Assembly: GCA_036394375.1 (NCBI GenBank)
Contig: DASWFF010000132.1
Location: forward strand, 210,333 to 274,332
Source: Puia sp.
GTDB taxonomy: Bacteria > Bacteroidota > Bacteroidia > Chitinophagales > Chitinophagaceae
Direction: 5' to 3'
DNA: 64,000 bases
Shown here piece after piece: positions 62,901-64,000 of the stretch. A model generated the notes under the pieces. It was given only the letters and a program-made list of their open reading frames with translations, was not told the origin of the DNA and searched no databases. Each line of letters begins with the position of its first letter. The stretch's first letter is position 1. The translations under genes and the position numbers were made by a program.

Positions 62901-64000
62901 TTACCGGATCGCGTCCAGGTAGTCCGAGAATTTTTTCAGGACCGAGGCCGCGACTTCAATTTGTTCCTGTGCCTCTTTCCAATTGCGTTGTTCGATGGCT
63001 TCCCGGATGCCCGGCAATGTTTTTACGCCATATCCGGTATAAAAGCCCGGAGCATAAATAGCATGCCGGTACCACGGGCGGCGGGGAAGCCCGTTATCAG
63101 ATAGCAATTGTTGTTCCGCCTTATAAAGGGCCTGGTTCACGGCATCTTGTTTGTCTTCCGGCAAGGTTGATTTTGCAAGGGTATCGGACAGGCGACTGGT
63201 CGTTTTTTCCAGCCTGCTCAGGGCATTTTGTAAAGAGGAGAAGTTCAGATAAGGGACTTCGTCCTTTGCCGGAGGAGGCAGCAGGGTGACGGTAGGATCT
63301 GCGGCATAACCATAGTGGTTTTCTTTCAAAAGCTGGTTAGTGAGAGAGGTGTTTTCTCTCATCTGGTCCAACAGGGCGATCAGCTCGCCGGCATAGCCAT
63401 TGACGGTCTTATAAAAGGATTTGAAATCGAAGGGTAATTGGGGGGCATCCGCCATCCGGAGGCTGGTACGGCCTGCTGTCTTGGCAAGGGCGACCCCGTA
63501 TTGGAAGCCGGGATCTTTGAAGCGCCGGTAATCATCATAGGAGTCGTAGATAGAATGGTATTCTCCACCCGGGTCTTCTCCGCCAAAGCCCAGGTTAAAG
63601 CAGGGGATTCCCAGGTGTTGCAGGAAGGGGGAGAAGTCCGAGCCGGAGCCGAGGGCCCCGATGGTAAATGTTTTTTTCAGGAATAAGTCCTTTTTGAGTT
63701 TGTTGGCGCCCGCTGCATCTACCAGCTCATGGGATCTTTTGCGATTGGCGATGCTGATCTGTGTTTCCGGGTCGATCACGTCCCGGGCTACTTCGTTTAT
63801 AAAAGGTTCCAGGGCATGAGAACCTTCTACTCCTAAAAAGCCTCTTCCATTTCCATCAGAATTGATATAAACTACGACTTTTTGCTGGAGTTCAGCCGCG
63901 TGGTACTCGACCCATTCGGTAGAACCTAAAAGGCCGGGCTCTTCTCCGTCCCAGGCGCAATACACGAGGGTGCGTTTGGGTTTCCAGCCTGTTTTTACCA
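62901..64000 (-). CDS. M28 family peptidase, glutamate carboxypeptidase II-like with transferrin-receptor-type dimerisation domain (5'-partial)
   Basis: The frame stays open to the window edge (…VKTGWKPKRTLVYCAWDGEEPGLLGSTEWVE). GSGSDFSPFLQHLGIP, and C-terminal helical domain PRRPWYRHAIYAPGFYTGYG. Confidence 0.85.
   Translation of the reverse strand, partial: VKTGWKPKRTLVYCAWDGEEPGLLGSTEWVEYHAAELQQKVVVYINSDGNGRGFLGVEGSHALEPFINEVARDVIDPETQISIANRKRSHELVDAAGANKLKKDLFLKKTFTIGALGSGSDFSPFLQHLGIPCFNLGFGGEDPGGEYHSIYDSYDDYRRFKDPGFQYGVALAKTAGRTSLRMADAPQLPFDFKSFYKTVNGYAGELIALLDQMRENTSLTNQLLKENHYGYAADPTVTLLPPPAKDEVPYLNFSSLQNALSRLEKTTSRLSDTLAKSTLPEDKQDAVNQALYKAEQQLLSDNGLPRRPWYRHAIYAPGFYTGYGVKTLPGIREAIEQRNWKEAQEQIEVAASVLKKFSDYLDAIR

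Overview
The window looks like a mostly housekeeping chromosomal segment from a Bacteroidota genome, probably Chitinophagaceae or Sphingobacteriia-like. Evidence for this placement: Por/T9SS C-terminal sorting domains, TAnnTTTG-type -7 promoter boxes, bacterial GH3, DUF2480 and DUF5606 families, and about 50 % GC. About 55 protein genes are densely packed on both strands. I found no rRNA, tRNA, CRISPR array, intact transposase/integrase or obvious defence island.

Recognisable genes:
- DNA replication and repair: polA, uvrB, dnaN, recX.
- NAD metabolism: nadA, nadD, pnuC plus a NadR-type kinase.
- tRNA/rRNA maturation: mnmG, ybeY.
- Envelope and LPS: kdsB, mtgA, nagA, an AsmA-like protein, a GT2 glycosyltransferase.
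- Metal handling: mgtE, chrA, feoA, and MerC, SCO, Fur and ArsR family genes.
- Several peptidases (M20, M3, S41, M28) and two T9SS cargo proteins.

Most noteworthy observations:
1. A dispersed family of modular GC-rich hairpin (REP-like) elements built around the motif GGTCTAATGATGG. The stems covary between copies. At two loci the motif supplies a gene's stop codon, and at one of them the surrounding hairpin cluster also appears to encode a C-terminal extension.
2. A circularly permuted ATP-grasp / alpha-E / transglutaminase gene triad. This is a conserved predicted amidoligase system with no known product. Here the transglutaminase ends in a poly-Q tail.
3. Twin GTTCCA(C/T)GTGGAAC palindromes at the mnmG promoter.
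4. A 766-aa secreted protein with a Gly/Trp/Tyr-rich core and an RGG-like tail.
5. Several decayed or truncated genes, and GC-rich in-frame inserts in otherwise conserved enzymes.

All calls come from reading the sequence and the ORF translations. No database search was run, so every family assignment is motif-level recognition and needs HMM/BLAST confirmation.
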